NCBI GenBank assembly: GCA_963703345.1
Contig: OY969814.1
Location: forward strand, 736,001-800,000
Origin: an uncultured Chloroflexia bacterium
GTDB taxonomy: Bacteria > Chloroflexota > Dehalococcoidia > DSTF01 > JALHUB01
Length of the DNA stretch: 64,000 nucleotides
Reading direction: 5' to 3'
Below the pieces are notes generated by a model. That model saw only the letters and a program-made list of their open reading frames with translations, was not told where the DNA came from and searched no databases. Shown here in pieces: positions 31,755-45,378 of the stretch. A program made the position numbers and the translations under genes. Position 1 is the first letter of the stretch, and every line of letters starts with the position of its first letter.

Positions 31755-32323
31755 AAGGCACAAGACACACTATAGTCGCCCTTGTCCAGAACAAGCCCGG
31801 CGTCCTCAACCGCATTGTCAGCAAGTGGCGCCAGCGGGGCTTCAACATCGAAAGCCTGACTGTCGGACACAGCGAAGTCCCCGGCCTCTCGCGCATGACC
31901 TTCGTGCTCGGCGGCGCGGCAAGCGAAGTCGAGCAGGTGACGAAGCAGCTCTTCAAGGTCGTCGACATCGTCAAGATCAGCGACCTGGCGGAAGACGAGA
32001 TCGTCACGCGCGAGCTGGCGCTGATGAAGGTGAACGCCACCGATCAGAACCGCGGCTCCATAATCGAAATCGTCGACATCTTCCACGGCGAGATCATCGA
32101 CGCCTCGCCCGAAACGGTGGTCGTCGAAATCACCGGCACGGAGGACAAGGTCGACGCCGCCTTCGAGATGCTCAAGCCGTACGGCGTCCGCGAGCTGGCG
32201 CGCACCGGACGCGTCGCCGTGACCCGCGGCCGCGCCGCAATCACCGTCGAAGAGGAGGGCGCTGGGTTGCGTCGCTACCGACCCGCCGGGCAGGGAAAGC
32301 CGCGCGTCGGCAGCCTTATGTGA
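31751..32323 (+). CDS. ilvN: Acetolactate synthase small subunit
   Basis: NKPGVL..I...RGFNIESL ACT domain; ATGA overlap with ilvB. Confidence 0.95.
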
Positions 32324-32347
32324 GGCAGGAGCCGGATTGCTCTTCGC

Positions 32348-32371
32348 GGGAGGACTAAAGTCCTCCCCTAC
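32348..32371 (-). repeat. GTAG-type REP-like hairpin
   Basis: GTAGGGGAGGACTTTAGTCCTCCC. Confidence 0.6.
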
Positions 32372-32423
32372 ATCGTTTGCACTGAACGTAGTTTGGACAG
32401 ACAAGTGAAGAAAGGAACCTTCA

Positions 32424-33422
32424 ATGGCCACAATCTATTACGACAAGGATGCGGACCTCGGCCTTCTCCAGGGCAAGACTGTCGGCATCGTCGGATACGG
32501 CAGCCAGGGCCACGCCCATGCCCAGAACCTGCGCGATAGCGGCTGTCAGGTGATCGTCGCCGAGCTGCCGGGCAGCGAGATGTGGAAGCAGGCGGAAGCA
32601 GCGGGCATGACCGTCAAAAGCGCCGCCGAGGTCGCCGCCGCGGCCGACATCATCATGATGCTCGTCCCCGATCAGCACCAGGCCCGCGTCTTCCGGGAAG
32701 CGATCGAGCCGAGCATGAAGGCAGGCAAGACGCTCATGTTCGCCCACGGCTTCAACATCCACTTCGGCCAGATCGTCGCGCCGCCGGGCGTCGACGTGTC
32801 GATGATCGCGCCCAAGGGGCCCGGCCACCTGGTGCGCCGCCTCTACACCGAAGGCAGCGCCACGCCCGCCCTCGTCGCGGTCCATCAGGACGCGAGCGGC
32901 AAGGCCAAGGAGGTCGCGCTCGCCTACGCCAAGGGGATCGGCTGCACACGGGCCGGCGTTCTGGAGACGACGTTCGAGGAGGAGACGGAGACGGACCTCT
33001 TCGGCGAGCAGTGCGTCCTCTGCGGCGGCGTGACGGAGCTGGTCAAGGCCGGCTTCGACACCCTGGTCGAGGCGGGCTACCAGCCGGAAATCGCTTACTT
33101 CGAGTGCATGCACGAGCTCAAGCTCATCGTCGACCTGATGTACGAAGGCGGCATGGGCTACATGCGCTACTCGATCAGCGACACGGCGGAGTACGGCGAC
33201 TACACGCGCGGGCCCCGCGTCATCGACGACTGCGTGCGCGAGACGATGGGGGACATACTGACGGAGATACAGGACGGCAGCTTTGCCCGCGAATGGCTGC
33301 TGGAGAACCAGGTGGGCCGGCCGCACTACCGGGCGCTGAAGCGTCAGAACGCCGAGCACCTGATCGAGGAGGTCGGCGGCGAGCTTCGCGGCATGATGAG
33401 CTGGCTGCAGAAAAAGAAATAG
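32424..33422 (+). CDS. ilvC: Ketol-acid reductoisomerase
   Basis: [18 protein letters not shown] and [10 protein letters not shown] motifs. Confidence 0.97.
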   Translation: MATIYYDKDADLGLLQGKTVGIVGYGSQGHAHAQNLRDSGCQVIVAELPGSEMWKQAEAAGMTVKSAAEVAAAADIIMMLVPDQHQARVFREAIEPSMKAGKTLMFAHGFNIHFGQIVAPPGVDVSMIAPKGPGHLVRRLYTEGSATPALVAVHQDASGKAKEVALAYAKGIGCTRAGVLETTFEEETETDLFGEQCVLCGGVTELVKAGFDTLVEAGYQPEIAYFECMHELKLIVDLMYEGGMGYMRYSISDTAEYGDYTRGPRVIDDCVRETMGDILTEIQDGSFAREWLLENQVGRPHYRALKRQNAEHLIEEVGGELRGMMSWLQKKK

Positions 33423-33748
33423 GCTTCTTCCCCCCGTTTGCAGGGGAGTCCGGAGGGGGCTTAGCCCTCTCTGGCTGGGGGTCTGGGGGCTGTGCCCCCA
33501 GCATTCCAGAAAGCTCCGCTGGGCGGGCGGGTGGGAAAGAAGAACGTTGGTTCAAGCCAGAATCGAGAGCGGCTCTTGGGGCGAGACGTCGGGAGCATCG
33601 AGTCGGCGACGAGCGCGCCATGAGGAATGAGATGATCAAGACACGGAGTCTGCAACTGCTCAACCTGCGATAGCCCTCCCCGTCGATGCGGAGGAGGGCC
33701 GGTCGAGTTCACCCACATCGCAGGAAACACATCAGGAGGTTGAGCAAA

Positions 33749-35284
33749 ATGGCAGAAAAGGTAATCATCTTCGACACGACGCTGCGCGACGGCGAGCAGT
33801 CGCCGGGCGTGGCGCTCAACATTGCCGACAAGCTGGAGATAGCCCGCCAGCTCGAACGGCTACGCGTCAACGTCATAGAGGCCGGCTTTCCCATCGCCTC
33901 TGCCGGCGATTTCGAGTGCGTGAGCACCATCGCCGGCGCGATCAAGCGCTGCGTCGTCGCCGGCCTGGCGCACGCGACGCCTATGGCCGTCGACGCCGCC
34001 TGGGACGCCGTGAAGGGCGCCGCGCAGCCTCGCATCCACGTCTTCCTCTCCAGCTCCGACATCCACATGGCGCATCAGCTTCGCAAGAACCGCGACGAGG
34101 TGCTGGAGATGGCGCGCACGCAGGTGGCCCGCGCCAAGGGGTACGTCTCGGACGTGGAGTTCAGCCCCATGGACGCCAGCCGCTCCGACCCTGAGTACGT
34201 CTATCAGATGCTCCAACAAGTGATCGAAGCCGGCGCCACAACTGTCAACATACCCGACACCGTCGGCTACAGCACTCCGGAGGAGTTCGCTGCCTTGATC
34301 CGCAGCATCTTTGAGAGGGTGCCCAATATCGACAAAGCCGTCGTCTCCGTCCACTGTCACGACGACCTCGGCATGGCGGTCGCCAACTCTCTGGCGGCCG
34401 TGCGTGCCGGAGCGCGACAGATCGAGTGCTGCGTCAACGGCATCGGCGAAAGGGCCGGCAACGCCTCGCTGGAAGAGATCGTCATGGCCCTGAAGACGCG
34501 GCGCGACACCTACGGCGTTACGACGGGAATCAACAGCAAGGAGCTGTACCGCACGAGCCGCCTCGTCTCCGACCTGACCGGTATGGTAATTCAGCCGAAC
34601 AAGGCGATCGTCGGCGGCAACGCTTTCCGCCATCAATCGGGCATCCACCAGGACGGCATCCTGAAGATGCGCGAGACATACGAGATAATGGACGCGCGGG
34701 AGATAGGCTTGCCCTCCGGCGGCGCCGAGCTCGTTCTCGGCAAGCTTTCCGGCCGGCATGCCTTCCGCGAGCGTCTGCGCGCCCTCGGCTACGAAATCAG
34801 CGGCGAGGAGCTTTCCCGGGCCTTCGCCGATTTCAAGGAGCTCGCCGACAAGAAGGCCGAGATCGACGACCGCGACATAGAGGCGCTGATGGGCGACGAG
34901 CTGCGCACGGTGGAGGAGACGTATCATCTGGATTTGCTGCAGGTCTCCTGCGGCAACCACCTCGTCGCTACGGCGACGGTGCGAATCAAAGCGCCGGGCG
35001 GCCGCGAGATCGTGGGGACGTCCACCGGCACCGGCCCAGTCGATGCCGCCTTCAAAGCGATCGACGGCGTCGTCGGCGTGCCCAACAAGCTGCTCGAGTT
35101 CTCGGTGAAGAGCATCACCGCCGGCATTGACGCCCTGGGCGAGGTGCTGGTGCGCGTCCAGGCCGACGGCAACACCTACGTGGGCCGCGGCGCTGACACG
35201 GACATCGTAGTCGCGGCCGCGAAGGCGCTGATGAACGCCCTCAACCGCATGCCGCAGGTGCAGAGCCAGGCGATATCTACTTGA
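33749..35284 (+). CDS. leuA: 2-isopropylmalate synthase
   Basis: [22 protein letters not shown] and GTGPVDA motifs; AGGAGG RBS. Confidence 0.96.
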   Translation: MAEKVIIFDTTLRDGEQSPGVALNIADKLEIARQLERLRVNVIEAGFPIASAGDFECVSTIAGAIKRCVVAGLAHATPMAVDAAWDAVKGAAQPRIHVFLSSSDIHMAHQLRKNRDEVLEMARTQVARAKGYVSDVEFSPMDASRSDPEYVYQMLQQVIEAGATTVNIPDTVGYSTPEEFAALIRSIFERVPNIDKAVVSVHCHDDLGMAVANSLAAVRAGARQIECCVNGIGERAGNASLEEIVMALKTRRDTYGVTTGINSKELYRTSRLVSDLTGMVIQPNKAIVGGNAFRHQSGIHQDGILKMRETYEIMDAREIGLPSGGAELVLGKLSGRHAFRERLRALGYEISGEELSRAFADFKELADKKAEIDDRDIEALMGDELRTVEETYHLDLLQVSCGNHLVATATVRIKAPGGREIVGTSTGTGPVDAAFKAIDGVVGVPNKLLEFSVKSITAGIDALGEVLVRVQADGNTYVGRGADTDIVVAAAKALMNALNRMPQVQSQAIST

Positions 35285-35318
35285 CAGACCAGACCAAGTA
35301 AAGTATGATTGGCTTGGT
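35281..35318 (+). promoter_or_regulatory. Internal promoter/operator of the toxin-antitoxin module
   Basis: TTGACA (containing the leuA TGA)-17-TATGAT; ACCAAG...CTTGGT inverted repeat. Confidence 0.7.
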
Positions 35319-35334
35319 AAAGGAGAGTCCTGCG

Positions 35335-35676
35335 ATGCCCAAGCCAAGTCACCAAAGTAAAGTGGGAGAAGCCGTTCTGGAGTATCTGGCGGCGGTCGCC
35401 GAACGGCTGCCGGAAGCCAGGGTCACGCTATCGAGCAAGAACCAGATTACTCTGCCGGTGGCAGTAGTGCGCCGTCTTGACCTGCATCCAGGACGCAGGC
35501 TCACTGTGCGGCTGGAAGACGACCGCATCGTTCTGCGTCCGGAACCGGAGGATTGGGTTGAGTATTTTCGAGGCAGCATGAAGGGCGTCTACGGGAAGAC
35601 GTTCCAAGAGATGGACGATTACGTACGGCAGGAGCGAGCAAGTTGGCGACGCCGGACGGACAGCATCGATTCTTAG
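35335..35676 (+). CDS. AbrB/MazE/SpoVT-family antitoxin
   Basis: LSSKNQITLP...RRL AbrB fold; AAGGAG RBS. Confidence 0.88.
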   Translation: MPKPSHQSKVGEAVLEYLAAVAERLPEARVTLSSKNQITLPVAVVRRLDLHPGRRLTVRLEDDRIVLRPEPEDWVEYFRGSMKGVYGKTFQEMDDYVRQERASWRRRTDSIDS

Positions 35677-36188
35677 ATGAGTTGTCACGATGTCGATGCG
35701 TGAACCTCGATACCAGCGTCCTCATATACTATTTGGAGGACGAGCCTACCCGGTCTGAGTTAGTGGCAGGCCTTTTCCGCCTCGTTCTGGGAGGGTCGTT
35801 GCAGGCGCGGATCTCTGCAATTGTGCAGATGGAGTTGTTGGTCAAGGCGATCAGGACGAATGATTTAAGCCGCGCAGAGCGAGTGATAGAGTTGACGGAG
35901 CTAAAGCCTCAAATCGAAATCGTTGACGTGTCTCGGCCCGTCGTTATGGAAGCTGCCTTTGCCAGAGCGGAGGGCCTTGAAGTCGCCGATTCTATCGTGC
36001 TGGCCACGGGAGTAGTTGCCGAATGCGATGCAACGATCACAAACGACAAGCGCTGGCATCGGCCTTTGACGCGGCTCGCCAGACGGTCCCCTTTGGCGCA
36101 CGGCAGCAAGCATTTAGTCCTTCCACGCATGCTGTACCTAGACGAATTCGTGGACGGTAATAGTAGCGAGAAGAAGCAATGGGGATGA
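35643..36188 (+). CDS. PIN-domain VapC toxin
   Basis: LDTSVLIY, QME, VADS and ITND motifs; overlaps the antitoxin. Confidence 0.88.
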   Translation: MATPDGQHRFLDELSRCRCVNLDTSVLIYYLEDEPTRSELVAGLFRLVLGGSLQARISAIVQMELLVKAIRTNDLSRAERVIELTELKPQIEIVDVSRPVVMEAAFARAEGLEVADSIVLATGVVAECDATITNDKRWHRPLTRLARRSPLAHGSKHLVLPRMLYLDEFVDGNSSEKKQWG

Positions 36189-37441
36189 CGCTCAGTGAGA
36201 AGATAATCGCCGCCCACTGCGGCCGTGACTCGGTTTCGCCCGGCGAGCTAGTGAACGTTCGCGTCGACTTCGTGATGGCGAACGACGTCACCGCGCCGCT
36301 GGCGATCCAGGAGTTCCACAAGCTCGGCGTCGAACGCGTCTTCGACCCGCAGCGCGTGGCCTTCATACCGTCGCACTTCATACCGAACAAGGACATCCAG
36401 AGCGCGGAGAACGCAAAGGTCATGCGACGCTTCGCTCTCGACCAGGGTGCGGTCTACTACGAGCAAGGGCGCGCGGGCGTCGACCACGTGCTCCTGCCAG
36501 ATCACGGCTGGGTGCTCCCCGGCGACGTCGTCGTGGCCGCCGACTCGCATACCTGCACTTACGGCGCTCTCGGTTGCTTTGCGACGGGCATGGGAAGCAC
36601 CGATATCGCCTGCGCGATGGCGACGGGCGACATCTGGATGCGCGTTCCGCCGACGATCAAGTTCGTCTACAACGGCAAGCTTAGCCGCTGGGTCGGCGGC
36701 AAGGACGTGATTCTCTACACCATCGGCGACATCGGCGTCGACGGCGCGCTCTACTGCGCGATGGAGTTCCACGGCGAGGCGCTGGCGGAGATGGGCATGG
36801 AGGGCCGTTTCACCATCTCGAACATGGCGATTGAAGCGGGCGGCAAGGCCGGCCTGATGACGCCCGACGATGTGACCCTCGACTACGTCCGCAGCCGCGC
36901 CAAACGCGAGTGGAAGCTGTACCAGCCCGATGCCGACGCCGTCTACCAGGCCGTCCACGACTACGACGTGTCGACGCTGGAGCCGATGGTGTCGCTGCCG
37001 TCCTCGCCGGCGAACGCCGTGCCGCTGAGCAAGGCACCGCGGGTCGAGATCGACCAGGTGTTCATCGGCAGTTGCACCAACGGCCGCCTCGCCGACCTGC
37101 GGCTCGCTGCGTCGGTGATGCGCGGTCGCAAGGTGCACGAGAACGTGCGCTGCATCGTCGTTCCGGCGTCCACTGACGTCTATCTCGACGCGCTGCGGGA
37201 AGGGCTGCTCGAAGTCTTCGCGGAGGCCGGCTGCGCCGTCAGCACTACGACCTGCGGCCCCTGCTTGGGCGGCTACATGGGCGTCTTGGCCGAGGGTGAG
37301 CGCTGCGTCAGCACCAGCAATCGCAACTTCCCCGGCCGCATGGGCCACGTTCGCTCCGAGGTCTACCTGGCGAACCCGGCTGTTGCCGCCGCCAGCGCCG
37401 TCGCCGGCCGACTTGCCGGCCCGGAGGAGGTACTGAAATGA
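36179..37441 (+). CDS. leuC: 3-isopropylmalate dehydratase large subunit
   Basis: [20 protein letters not shown] and STSNRNF motifs. Confidence 0.96.
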   Translation: MGMTLSEKIIAAHCGRDSVSPGELVNVRVDFVMANDVTAPLAIQEFHKLGVERVFDPQRVAFIPSHFIPNKDIQSAENAKVMRRFALDQGAVYYEQGRAGVDHVLLPDHGWVLPGDVVVAADSHTCTYGALGCFATGMGSTDIACAMATGDIWMRVPPTIKFVYNGKLSRWVGGKDVILYTIGDIGVDGALYCAMEFHGEALAEMGMEGRFTISNMAIEAGGKAGLMTPDDVTLDYVRSRAKREWKLYQPDADAVYQAVHDYDVSTLEPMVSLPSSPANAVPLSKAPRVEIDQVFIGSCTNGRLADLRLAASVMRGRKVHENVRCIVVPASTDVYLDALREGLLEVFAEAGCAVSTTTCGPCLGGYMGVLAEGERCVSTSNRNFPGRMGHVRSEVYLANPAVAAASAVAGRLAGPEEVLK

Positions 37442-37941
37442 CTCTACGTGGACGCGTCCACAAGTACGGCGCCAACGTCGATACCGACGCCATCATCCCG
37501 GCGCGCTACCTCAGCCTGACCGACCCGCTGGAGCTGGCGGAGCACTGCATGGAGGACATCGATCCCGACTTCGTGCGCCGCGTCCGGCCCGGCGACGTGA
37601 TCGTCGCCACGACGAACTTCGGCTGCGGCTCCTCGCGAGAACACGCGCCCCTCTGCATCAAGGCGGCGGGCGTGAGCTGCGTCATCGCCAAGAGTTTCGC
37701 GCGGATCTTTTATCGCAACGCCATCAACATCGGCCTGCCGATCCTCGAGTGCGACGAGGCGGTCGACGGCACGGACGCCGGCGACGAGCTGGAAGTCGAC
37801 CTCGAATCGGGCGCCATCCGCAACCTGACCAAGGGCGCGACGTTTCAGGCGAAGCCTTACCCGCCGTTCATGCTGGAGCTGATGCGCGCCGGCGGCCTTG
37901 TGCAGTACACAAAGGTGCGTCTCGCCGGCAAAGCGAGGTAA
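37438..37941 (+). CDS. leuD: 3-isopropylmalate dehydratase small subunit
   Basis: [21 protein letters not shown] and FARIF motifs. Confidence 0.96.
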   Translation: MTLRGRVHKYGANVDTDAIIPARYLSLTDPLELAEHCMEDIDPDFVRRVRPGDVIVATTNFGCGSSREHAPLCIKAAGVSCVIAKSFARIFYRNAINIGLPILECDEAVDGTDAGDELEVDLESGAIRNLTKGATFQAKPYPPFMLELMRAGGLVQYTKVRLAGKAR

Positions 37942-37948
37942 CGGGCCG

Positions 37949-38116
37949 GTGGACGAAAGACAGCGAAATCGGCCCAGCTTGAGTGCCTTCTTCACAAACT
38001 GGCGGGAGTCCGACCTGCCGATCCATCTCAAGCTGGCGCTGACCTTCCGCAACAACTGGATCAAGCTGCGGACGCGCAAGGATTGCTGCGGTCACCTGGG
38101 CGAGCCCGGCTGCTGA
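37949..38116 (+). CDS. Small Cys-rich protein ending CCGHLGEPGC (possible UGA read-through)
   Basis: GAGG upstream of GTG; co-oriented in the operon; hairpin follows the TGA. Confidence 0.6.
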   Translation: MDERQRNRPSLSAFFTNWRESDLPIHLKLALTFRNNWIKLRTRKDCCGHLGEPGC

Positions 38117-38164
38117 CAGGTCGCGCCACCCTCCGGTTCGGAGGGACCACACGAATGAGGCAAG

Positions 38165-38563
38165 GTGATGCGATTCTGGAACGTCGTGCGGTTGATTCTC
38201 GCGACGGCGTTGCTCTTGCCCGCCGTCGGGTTGGCGATTATGGCCTTCGTAGTAATGTCGTACTCATGGCAGGGCGAGCGCGACTCGGGTCCGCTGGTGT
38301 ATGTCATAGTCGGCTTGATCTATTTGGCTGTTGCTCTCTTGCTTGCCGGGGGAGCATTTGTTGCGGTTCTCGGTCTGAGGCTCTGGCAGGCGCTGATGGT
38401 CCTAGCCGTCGTCGCCTCCGCGCTCACCTTTGTTCCGTATGAATCGCTAATCGGATTGGGCGTCGCGGCAAATGCGGCGGCGGCGTTGTTCGCCGTCGCC
38501 TTCTGGACGGCGCTCCTGTATTCTAGTCGACGAGAGCAGAGAATCAGCCCCCACTCCGAATGA
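38165..38563 (+). CDS. Hypothetical membrane protein (4 TM)
   Basis: Hydrophobic segments; fills the gap before leuB. Confidence 0.65.
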   Translation: MMRFWNVVRLILATALLLPAVGLAIMAFVVMSYSWQGERDSGPLVYVIVGLIYLAVALLLAGGAFVAVLGLRLWQALMVLAVVASALTFVPYESLIGLGVAANAAAALFAVAFWTALLYSSRREQRISPHSE

Positions 38564-38577
38564 AGGGAGATGACTGA

Positions 38578-39633
38578 TTGTATCGAATAGCCGTGATACC
38601 GGGCGACGGAACAGGCCCTGAAGTCGTGCGCGAAGGGCTGAAGGTGCTGGAGGCGGCCGCCCGCGCGACCGGCTTCAAGTACGAGACGACGACCTTCGAC
38701 TTCGGCGGCGAGCGCTACATGCGCACCGGCGAGACGCTCCCCGACGGCGCTATCGACGAGCTGCGCCGCTTCGATGCCATCTTCCTGGGCGCCATCGGCC
38801 ATCCCGACGTCGCGCCCGGCATTCTGGAAAAGGGCGTTCTCCTCCGCCTCCGATTCGAGCTCGATCAGTATGTCAACCTGCGTCCCATCAAGCTCTACCC
38901 TAACGTCGATTGCCCGCTCAAGGACAAAGGACCGCAGGACATCGATTTCATCGTCGTTCGCGAGAACACGGAAGGACTGTACGGCGGCATGGGCGGCTTC
39001 CAGTACAAGGGCACGCCGCAGGAGGTGTCGACGCAGGTGCACCTGACGACGCGCTTCGGCGCAGAACGCGCGATCCGCTACGCCTTCGAGCTGACCCGAA
39101 AGCGCAACAAGATGAAGCAGCTCCACCTCGTCGGGAAGAGGAATGTTCTTACCTTCGTCCACGACACCTGGTGGCGCGTCTTCAACGAGGTCGGCGAGGC
39201 CGACTACCCGGACATCCGCCGCGAGTATGCCCACGTCGACGCCACCTGCATGTGGTTCGTCAAGAACCCAGAGTGGTTCGATGTGATCGTCGTCGAGAAC
39301 ATGTTCGGCGACATCATCACCGACCTCGGCGCGATGATCCAGGGCGGAATGGGCATCGCCGCCGGCGGCAACATCAACCCGCACGGCGTCTCCATGTTCG
39401 AGCCCATCGGCGGCAGCGCGCCGAAGTATACCGGCCAGGACGTCATCTGCCCTCTCGCTGCCATCGGGGCCGTCCAGATGCTCGTCGCTGAGCTAGGCGA
39501 AGAGCAGGCGGCGGACCGCATCGAGCAGGCGATAGTGAAGGCGCTGGCCAGCGGGAAGATCAAGTCGTTGAGCGCCGGCCGCATGGGGATGAGCACATCG
39601 GAGATGGGCGATTTCGTCGCCTCTCTGGTCTAG
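38578..39633 (+). CDS. leuB: 3-isopropylmalate dehydrogenase
   Basis: IPGDGTGPEV, VRENTEG, NMFGDI and EPIGGSAP motifs; TTG start after AAGGGAG. Confidence 0.93.
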   Translation: MYRIAVIPGDGTGPEVVREGLKVLEAAARATGFKYETTTFDFGGERYMRTGETLPDGAIDELRRFDAIFLGAIGHPDVAPGILEKGVLLRLRFELDQYVNLRPIKLYPNVDCPLKDKGPQDIDFIVVRENTEGLYGGMGGFQYKGTPQEVSTQVHLTTRFGAERAIRYAFELTRKRNKMKQLHLVGKRNVLTFVHDTWWRVFNEVGEADYPDIRREYAHVDATCMWFVKNPEWFDVIVVENMFGDIITDLGAMIQGGMGIAAGGNINPHGVSMFEPIGGSAPKYTGQDVICPLAAIGAVQMLVAELGEEQAADRIEQAIVKALASGKIKSLSAGRMGMSTSEMGDFVASLV

Positions 39634-39708
39634 AGAGGCATCGCCGGGGCCGCTGCTTGCGACCCCGCTGCCGACTCCGTTAAGAACTCGACGTTCGGTC
39701 TGCGCCGA

Positions 39709-39903
39709 CTATTCCTGCTTCGACTCGTCGGAGAGCGGCTCCTCAGCCGGCATTTCTTCCGTGGCTTTCGGCGTGCGCTTCTCCAGTCGCGCGTCGAGTC
39801 GCTGCCGCTTCTCCTCCAGACGGTCGATGCGTCGGTCGATGCGGCCGCGCAGTCGCATGAGGCGCGTTCGCGCCAGGCCTCTTACTCTATCTCCTAATCC
39901 CAT
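39709..39903 (-). CDS. Small coiled-coil hypothetical protein
   Basis: RBS-like AAAGGGGTG; directly downstream of clpC. Confidence 0.55.
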   Translation of the reverse strand: MGLGDRVRGLARTRLMRLRGRIDRRIDRLEEKRQRLDARLEKRTPKATEEMPAEEPLSDESKQE

Positions 39904-39930
39904 CGTTCCACCCCTTTCTCATGGGCCAAC

Positions 39931-42378
<2,448 letters not shown>

Positions 42379-42444
42379 GATGTATTCCCTCTTATAGCCA
42401 TTATGCCTGAATGACAACCCTTATTCTCGGCGACCGGGCTTTCT

Positions 42445-43047
42445 CTACTTTTCTGGATCTAAGCGAACTGGCTGACCGGGCTCAATGCCCTTGGCCTGGA
42501 GAAATCGCTTGGCTCCAGAATCAAGACTCGCCACCAGTTCGCTAAACGCGGCCGGGTCTTCTGGGCCCAGTCGTTTCAGCCCGAGTAGCCTCCACCCAAG
42601 GCCGGACTTCGCTTGAGACTCGGCCGTTCGGATCAATTCGCGGATCTTCTCAGATTTGAAGATAAAGGACCAGAAGGATCTCACAATCGCGTCCCCTTGT
42701 TCCTTTGGCACCCCAGTCGGCGCAGCGAGAGCGGCGTAGCATTCTCGTATAGAGTCGAAATCCCCGTAATGCAGATGGACTAACTTCAGCACGTTGGTCG
42801 GCAGCCAGTTCGCAAGGTCTGGATGGAAGGTGCGCCAGGCGTCACAAGTCAAGTCACGTCGCAGTTGCCTTCCATCCACTATCGCCGTCTCCAATGTCGC
42901 CTCGAGCATTACCATCTCCAGCAGCAAGGTGTTGATTTCAGCTCTTCGCCGCAGAGCCTCTCGGCGGAGTTCCAGCCATGCGGCTCCCGAGAATCCGAGA
43001 ACAGCTCCGAGCAACCCGCCGCCGAGACCAATTAGGATCTCAACCAC
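42445..43047 (-). CDS. Hypothetical protein with N-terminal TM, inserted in the heat-shock operon
   Basis: GGAGG RBS inside the hspR 3' end; lower GC than its neighbours. Confidence 0.65.
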   Translation of the reverse strand: MVEILIGLGGGLLGAVLGFSGAAWLELRREALRRRAEINTLLLEMVMLEATLETAIVDGRQLRRDLTCDAWRTFHPDLANWLPTNVLKLVHLHYGDFDSIRECYAALAAPTGVPKEQGDAIVRSFWSFIFKSEKIRELIRTAESQAKSGLGWRLLGLKRLGPEDPAAFSELVASLDSGAKRFLQAKGIEPGQPVRLDPEK

Positions 43048-43420
43048 GATTATCCTCCCGCTCCTTCGGTTGTAGCGGCGCGAGGAGGCGGCGGTCGCGC
43101 AGGCCTTGCAGCTCGCGTCGCAGCTCTTCGAGCTCTTCGTTCATCTCCTGAATGCGCTGGTTCATGCGCAGTATCACCTCCGCGCCGGCCAGGTTGACAC
43201 CCAGCTCGTCGATGAGCCGGTGTACCTGGCGCAGCCGGTTGATGTCGGCCGTGGAGTACAGGCGAATCCGCCCCTGCGAGCGCGACGGTTTCAGGACGCC
43301 CATGCGCTCGTAGTAGCGCAGCGTCTGGGCGTGCATCCCGACCATCCGGGCGGCGACGCTTATCACATAGCAGGGCTCTTCGTCGTTCGTGTCTTCAAAA
43401 TCGTCTGCCACTTCAGTCAC
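43040..43420 (-). CDS. hspR: MerR-family heat-shock repressor
   Basis: YVISVAARMVGMHAQTLRYYE...RLYS...GVNLAG; located in the dnaJ-clp operon. Confidence 0.88.
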   Translation of the reverse strand: MTEVADDFEDTNDEEPCYVISVAARMVGMHAQTLRYYERMGVLKPSRSQGRIRLYSTADINRLRQVHRLIDELGVNLAGAEVILRMNQRIQEMNEELEELRRELQGLRDRRLLAPLQPKEREDNRG

Positions 43421-44364
43421 CCTTCTTGCAGAATGGCCGTCGTGCGGCGCAGCTTGCCCTCGCGCAGGAAAGCGAGTCGCAGGTGCGCGGCGGACGACTG
43501 GTTTGCCGCGTTCGCCAGCGCTTCGCCGGAGGTCACCGGTCGCCCCTCGACTTCGACTATGACGTCGGAGACGCGCAGGCTAGCGCGGGCCGCCGGGCTG
43601 TTCGGCACTACCTCCAGCACGAGCACCCCGTGCTGCTGCGTCAGGCCAGTCCGTCGCAGGACGTCCGCGTCGATCGCGGTCGGAATGCCGCCGACGCCCA
43701 GTTGACGCTGCTGATGCCGGCGGATCTCCTCCAACCGCGTCAGCACGTCGAGCGCCTTGCTGATGGGAACAGCGAAGCCGACGCCGCGGGCAAAGGGCAG
43801 GACGGCGGTGGCGATGCCGACGACGCGTCCGCCGGCATCGACAAGCGGTCCGCCGGAGTTGCCCGGGTTGACCGGCGTGTCCATCTGAATCAAATCGGTG
43901 AGACTGAGGCCAGGGCCGGCTTCCAGCGTGCGTCCGAGCGCGCTCACGACGCCGGCGGTAACCGTCCAGCTCAGGCCGAACGGGTTGCCGATAGCGATGA
44001 CAAGCTGTCCGACGCGCAGGGGTCCGGCGTTCAACTCCGCGACGGGCAGGCCAAGGGCGCCGATGCGCAGGACGGCGAGGTCGTTCGATGGATCCGCGTA
44101 CTCCACGCCCGCCTGGAAACTACGGCCGTCCGGCAGGGTCACGCGCGCCAGGCTGGTGTTTCGGACGACGTGCTCGTTCGTCAGGACGCGGCCGTCGGAG
44201 GCGAAGATGACGCCGGAGCCGAGGCCTTCGCCGCGCTGGTTGCGCCCGCGCCTCGGGCCGACGACCGCTATCTTCACGACGGCGGGCCCGACGGTCTCTG
44301 CGGCTCCGCTCACCGCCTCGGAATAGGCGTCAAGCGCTCGTCTTTCACTCGCATTCGCTGCCAT
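43417..44364 (-). CDS. HtrA/DegP-like S1C serine protease with PDZ (no signal peptide)
   Basis: TNEHVV, DLAVL, GNSGGP and a C-terminal PDZ domain. Confidence 0.9.
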   Translation of the reverse strand: MAANASERRALDAYSEAVSGAAETVGPAVVKIAVVGPRRGRNQRGEGLGSGVIFASDGRVLTNEHVVRNTSLARVTLPDGRSFQAGVEYADPSNDLAVLRIGALGLPVAELNAGPLRVGQLVIAIGNPFGLSWTVTAGVVSALGRTLEAGPGLSLTDLIQMDTPVNPGNSGGPLVDAGGRVVGIATAVLPFARGVGFAVPISKALDVLTRLEEIRRHQQRQLGVGGIPTAIDADVLRRTGLTQQHGVLVLEVVPNSPAARASLRVSDVIVEVEGRPVTSGEALANAANQSSAAHLRLAFLREGKLRRTTAILQEG

Positions 44365-44368
44365 ATCG

Positions 44369-45361
44369 TCACGCGCCGAGGGCCTTTAGCTCCTCGAACA
44401 GCTTCTCCTCTTTCGGGGATAGTTTCTGCGGGAGGACGACCTTGACCTTGACGAAAAGATTGCCCCTCTTCGTGTTGCCGTTTTGGTGCGGCATGCCGAG
44501 CCCCTTCAGGCGGAACGTCTTGCCGTTCTGCGTGAGACGGGGGATGGTCAGCGCCACCTCTCCCTTGAGTGTCTTGACGCGTGCCTCGCCGCCGAGAACG
44601 GCGACGCTGAGAGGCACCTCGACCTCCGTGTGCAGGTCGTCGCCGCGCCTCTCGAAGCGCTCGTGCGGGCGCACCTTCACCTTCAAATAGACGTCGCCAA
44701 TGGCGTCGCCGCGAATCCGGACGCGCCCGCCGTCGGCGATGCCGGGCGGTATCTTGGCTTCGATGCGGTGCGGCTTCATGACGGTGCCCTGGCCCTGGCA
44801 ATTGTGACAGACGGCGCCCGCGACCTCGCCGCTGCCGCCGCAGGTCGGGCAGCGCTCCTGGCTGTTGATCTCGAAGAGGCGGGTCGCGCCCGTGCACGCC
44901 TCTTCCAGCGTAATCTCCACCGGCGCCTCGGTTGCCCTCGGCTGCTGGCGACTGCGACGGCCGCCGCCTCCGCCGCGGAAGAGGTCGAACAGGTTGTCTA
45001 TGCCCGGGATGTCGGAGAACTCAAACGTGCCGCCCTGACCGCCGCGTCCCGGTGCGCCGGAGAAATCGAACGTGTAGCCGGAGGCGCCGGCTCGCCCGCG
45101 CGAACGCGCCTGGCGCTGCGCCTCCTCTATCTGGTCGGCCATCTCCCAGCGATCGCCGTGGCGGTCGTACTTCTTGCGCTTTTCGGGGTCGGAGAGGACT
45201 TCGTAGGCCGCGTTGACCTCCTTGAAGCGCGCCTCAGCGGCCTTATCGCCGGGATTAACGTCAGGGTGCAGCTTGCGCGCCAGCCTTCGATACGCCTGGC
45301 GCATCTCCTTCTGGTTGGCGCTTCTGCCCACGCCGAGGGTTTCGTAGTAATCGCGCGCCAT
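44369..45361 (-). CDS. DnaJ-family co-chaperone (shortened Zn-finger region)
   Basis: J-domain HPD, G/F-rich region, two CxxCxGxG motifs and DnaJ C-terminal domain. Confidence 0.93.
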   Translation of the reverse strand: MARDYYETLGVGRSANQKEMRQAYRRLARKLHPDVNPGDKAAEARFKEVNAAYEVLSDPEKRKKYDRHGDRWEMADQIEEAQRQARSRGRAGASGYTFDFSGAPGRGGQGGTFEFSDIPGIDNLFDLFRGGGGGRRSRQQPRATEAPVEITLEEACTGATRLFEINSQERCPTCGGSGEVAGAVCHNCQGQGTVMKPHRIEAKIPPGIADGGRVRIRGDAIGDVYLKVKVRPHERFERRGDDLHTEVEVPLSVAVLGGEARVKTLKGEVALTIPRLTQNGKTFRLKGLGMPHQNGNTKRGNLFVKVKVVLPQKLSPKEEKLFEELKALGA

Positions 45362-45378
45362 TTGCCGTCCTCTCTGTT

